Shown here in pieces: positions 61,706 through 64,000 of a stretch of DNA of 64,000 nt (its first letter is position 1; each line of letters starts with the position of its first letter). The stretch comes from Podospora anserina. Taxonomy: Eukaryota. A program made the translations under genes and the position numbers. Below the pieces are notes generated by a model. The model searched no databases, had not been told where the DNA came from, and saw nothing but the letters and a program-made list of their open reading frames with translations. The stretch covers positions 2,914,001 to 2,978,000 of the forward strand of contig CM030337.1 in assembly GCA_017654855.1 (NCBI GenBank), read 5' to 3'.

Positions 61706-62911
61706 CTAATATTGCTTCAATGCGCTTCTAAGCTTGTCTACAAGTCCCATCACCACCGAGCGCTCCGCGGGCACACTGCGAATACCTTCATCCAACATGC
61801 CAAAGGTGGGCCACTGAGACTCTGCTTCCTGCCCCCCAGAAGAAGTGGGGTCCTTCTCGGTGAATATTAGTTCAATCTTCATCGAGATGTCGGTAAAGAC
61901 ATGCTCGGAAGCATCGAGCACCATCTCGGCCTGCAGCCGCTCACTCCCGTCGCCGAGACAGACTGACCCCAGCTGCACGCGGGGGAACAGGCGCGACAGC
62001 GGCCTCTGCGAGATGGTGCTGCCCTCGTCGAGAATCCGCTGGAGGCACTCGAATACGTTGCGGAAGATGGCTGCCAGGCGCGAATAGCACGAGAGGAAGA
62101 GCAGGGCCGTCGCCGGATCATGGGCCGGCGCCGACTGGCGGAGGATACTAAGCAGCTGGAGCGCTATTCGCAGCGTTTCCTCCAAGTTCAAGTAATCGCT
62201 CTGGCGGCCGTCATACGCCTGGGCTTCTGGCAACTCCCGCAGTGCGTGGATGGACTCTGCCGTTGCTTCCTGCTGGTTCACCAGAAGAATGTTGAGGCGG
62301 GCGAGCTCGTGGACCCGAGCATCCAGGCCGGTTGTCCGGCTTTGTCGGTGCCCAAGTGCTTGTTCGCTATCGTTCATTGTGCGGTCCATTTGGCTCGCCT
62401 GGCTCCCCTCAGCTTCACTCACCGAGGCATTCTGGAGCCCACCAAGCTGAGGCTTGCCGCCCAATGCCGTCGGCACCTCTGTGAGATGGAAGAAATCTTG
62501 GTACAATAGCGGATTGATAGGGGAGGAAATGTCAGATCCGCTCAGCCGTGGCCACGAGTCCATGGCCTGGAGCATACGTGAGTCGAGCGTATCGAGAGTG
62601 CCAAGACTGGACGAGTCCAATGCCTCGATATTATCAGGCGGTGTTGTTGAGCTGGTAGTGCCGCCCATGCTTAGATCCATGACCGGCAGAGTGGAGCCCG
62701 TCCCTTGGGTTGGATAAACGGCATTGTTTAGATTCGCCGTCGTACTCGCAACCTGCTGGCTCCGCCGCGAGGGACGAGGGGAGCATTCGGCCTGGGCCCG
62801 GATGCACCGGTTGCATGCTCTCTGGTTGGGAGCCCTCCTGCAGCGCAATTTGGAGCTGTGACACCGGTGGCAGGCAGGCCACCTGGTATGACCATCGCTG
62901 TCGTCGTCCAT
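61706..62911 (-). CDS. Zn(II)2Cys6 transcription factor, likely cluster-specific
   Basis: ACHRCHSSKLRC-RRAPNQRA-CNRCIRAQAEC binuclear cluster, convergent with the HR-PKS. Confidence 0.92.
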   Translation of the reverse strand: MDDDSDGHTRWPACHRCHSSKLRCRRAPNQRACNRCIRAQAECSPRPSRRSQQVASTTANLNNAVYPTQGTGSTLPVMDLSMGGTTSSTTPPDNIEALDSSSLGTLDTLDSRMLQAMDSWPRLSGSDISSPINPLLYQDFFHLTEVPTALGGKPQLGGLQNASVSEAEGSQASQMDRTMNDSEQALGHRQSRTTGLDARVHELARLNILLVNQQEATAESIHALRELPEAQAYDGRQSDYLNLEETLRIALQLLSILRQSAPAHDPATALLFLSCYSRLAAIFRNVFECLQRILDEGSTISQRPLSRLFPRVQLGSVCLGDGSERLQAEMVLDASEHVFTDISMKIELIFTEKDPTSSGGQEAESQWPTFGMLDEGIRSVPAERSVVMGLVDKLRSALKQY

Positions 62912-64000
62912 GGCCCATGTGTTATTGCTGAAGCTCGGGATATTATTTGCTTGCTCGTAACAACGAATCGGGCCGGAGGTGAATATTGGAAAGGATTTCC
63001 GGTAATGTCGCCAATAAGGGCGGATCTCACACGGTTACTAGCATCTTATTAACCATGGGCCCCAGGGCCCGGTCTGTCAGCTTGGGGCATTCTTATATGG
63101 GTCGGAGATAGGCCGGCGTAGCCACAGGCTACGGCCCCAAAGCTCGCTTCTACGCCCTACAAGGTCGTTGCATGACCTTCACCGGCACCAACTGTCGAAT
63201 TCTATTGGAAGAGAGTGGGTTTGCGAAGGCGCAGCCCAGAGCCAACTACCAATTGGAAGGTCCAGCCTATCTAAGCCTATCGTACGGTCCAGTGGCTGCA
63301 GTTGCTGCTCTCGCTACACAGCCAACGTACATATCAATGCTGTGCCATGTTACCTTGCATGCTTACTTTAAGTCAGCGAGCGGAATCTCTGCGTGCAAGA
63401 TTCTCCTTTGGGGTTTGAAAGCTGATCGATGTGGAACCCGCACCTTTTCGCGTATCCTTTATCACTCATCACACCAATATTCTTTTACTTTGCCACTTGT
63501 ACACCGTTATGGATCCTCAAACCACCTTTGCTCTGGATGCTTGCAGGACGGTACCTTCCGTGGCCCGTGGGATTTGATAACCCTTTCAAGTGAAGGCGGC
63601 AACTCCGAGGTGAAGGAAACTATGGAACTGGCACCGGAAACTCAGATGCAGACACATCCATCAATGGCGCCAACCCTTATAGGAATGAAAAGAAGATTGG
63701 CGAGGCTATCAAGCAGATCGGCGTCCGCATGGATAAGAGCTTTGTCAAATGACCCTTGTACAGGTACCGACGGGCAAGGGTTTGCGGTGGCCTAGTTGAT
63801 TGAGACTTGAGAGGCTGGTCCAATTAGTATACTTTACGCTGGTGTTCAGGGGTAATAGGGGTGCGGGACCTTGGCTGTGTGTGGCCTCGTGGATTTATTG
63901 TTACCTGTAGCGGAAGAAATATTGGAGCAAGAGCACGCCGCTCCTGTTACGTCTTTGCCAATCACAATTCGAAAGCCACGGGGCTACATGTTATCTTGAT

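Noticed and set aside
63172-63795. 207-aa ORF next to the cluster regulator
   Set aside because: No recognisable domain or coding-like composition, so it cannot be supported as a cluster gene.

Overview
This is fungal (Sordariomycete) DNA with short spliceosomal introns, RIP-type mutation and TGTCAC...GGTTCGTCACA solo LTRs; the Podospora species complex is an inference from the LTR style and is not confirmed. The window has three zones. (1) About 1-22.1 kb is ordinary gene-dense sequence: SEC11, a FAR-17a/AIG1-like membrane protein, a BTB protein, a DUF1349-like protein, BRF1, orphans, an SGNH esterase and tRNA-Glu(CTC). (2) About 22.2-43.98 kb is an accessory island starting beside the tRNA. 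It holds four LTR remnants, RIP-damaged pseudogenes (including an arrestin/CreD-like copy), a DUF6601-like gene head-to-head with an NLR (SesB-like hydrolase-NACHT-HEAT repeats), a WD40 relic and an intact secreted 8-Cys defensin-like peptide gene hidden by an intron. (3) About 44.0-62.9 kb is an apparently complete seven-gene biosynthetic cluster pairing a highly reducing PKS with a divergently transcribed type III PKS, plus a P450, a DUF829-like hydrolase, a small membrane protein, an MFS exporter and a Zn2Cys6 regulator. Exon boundaries were read by eye and no database search was run.
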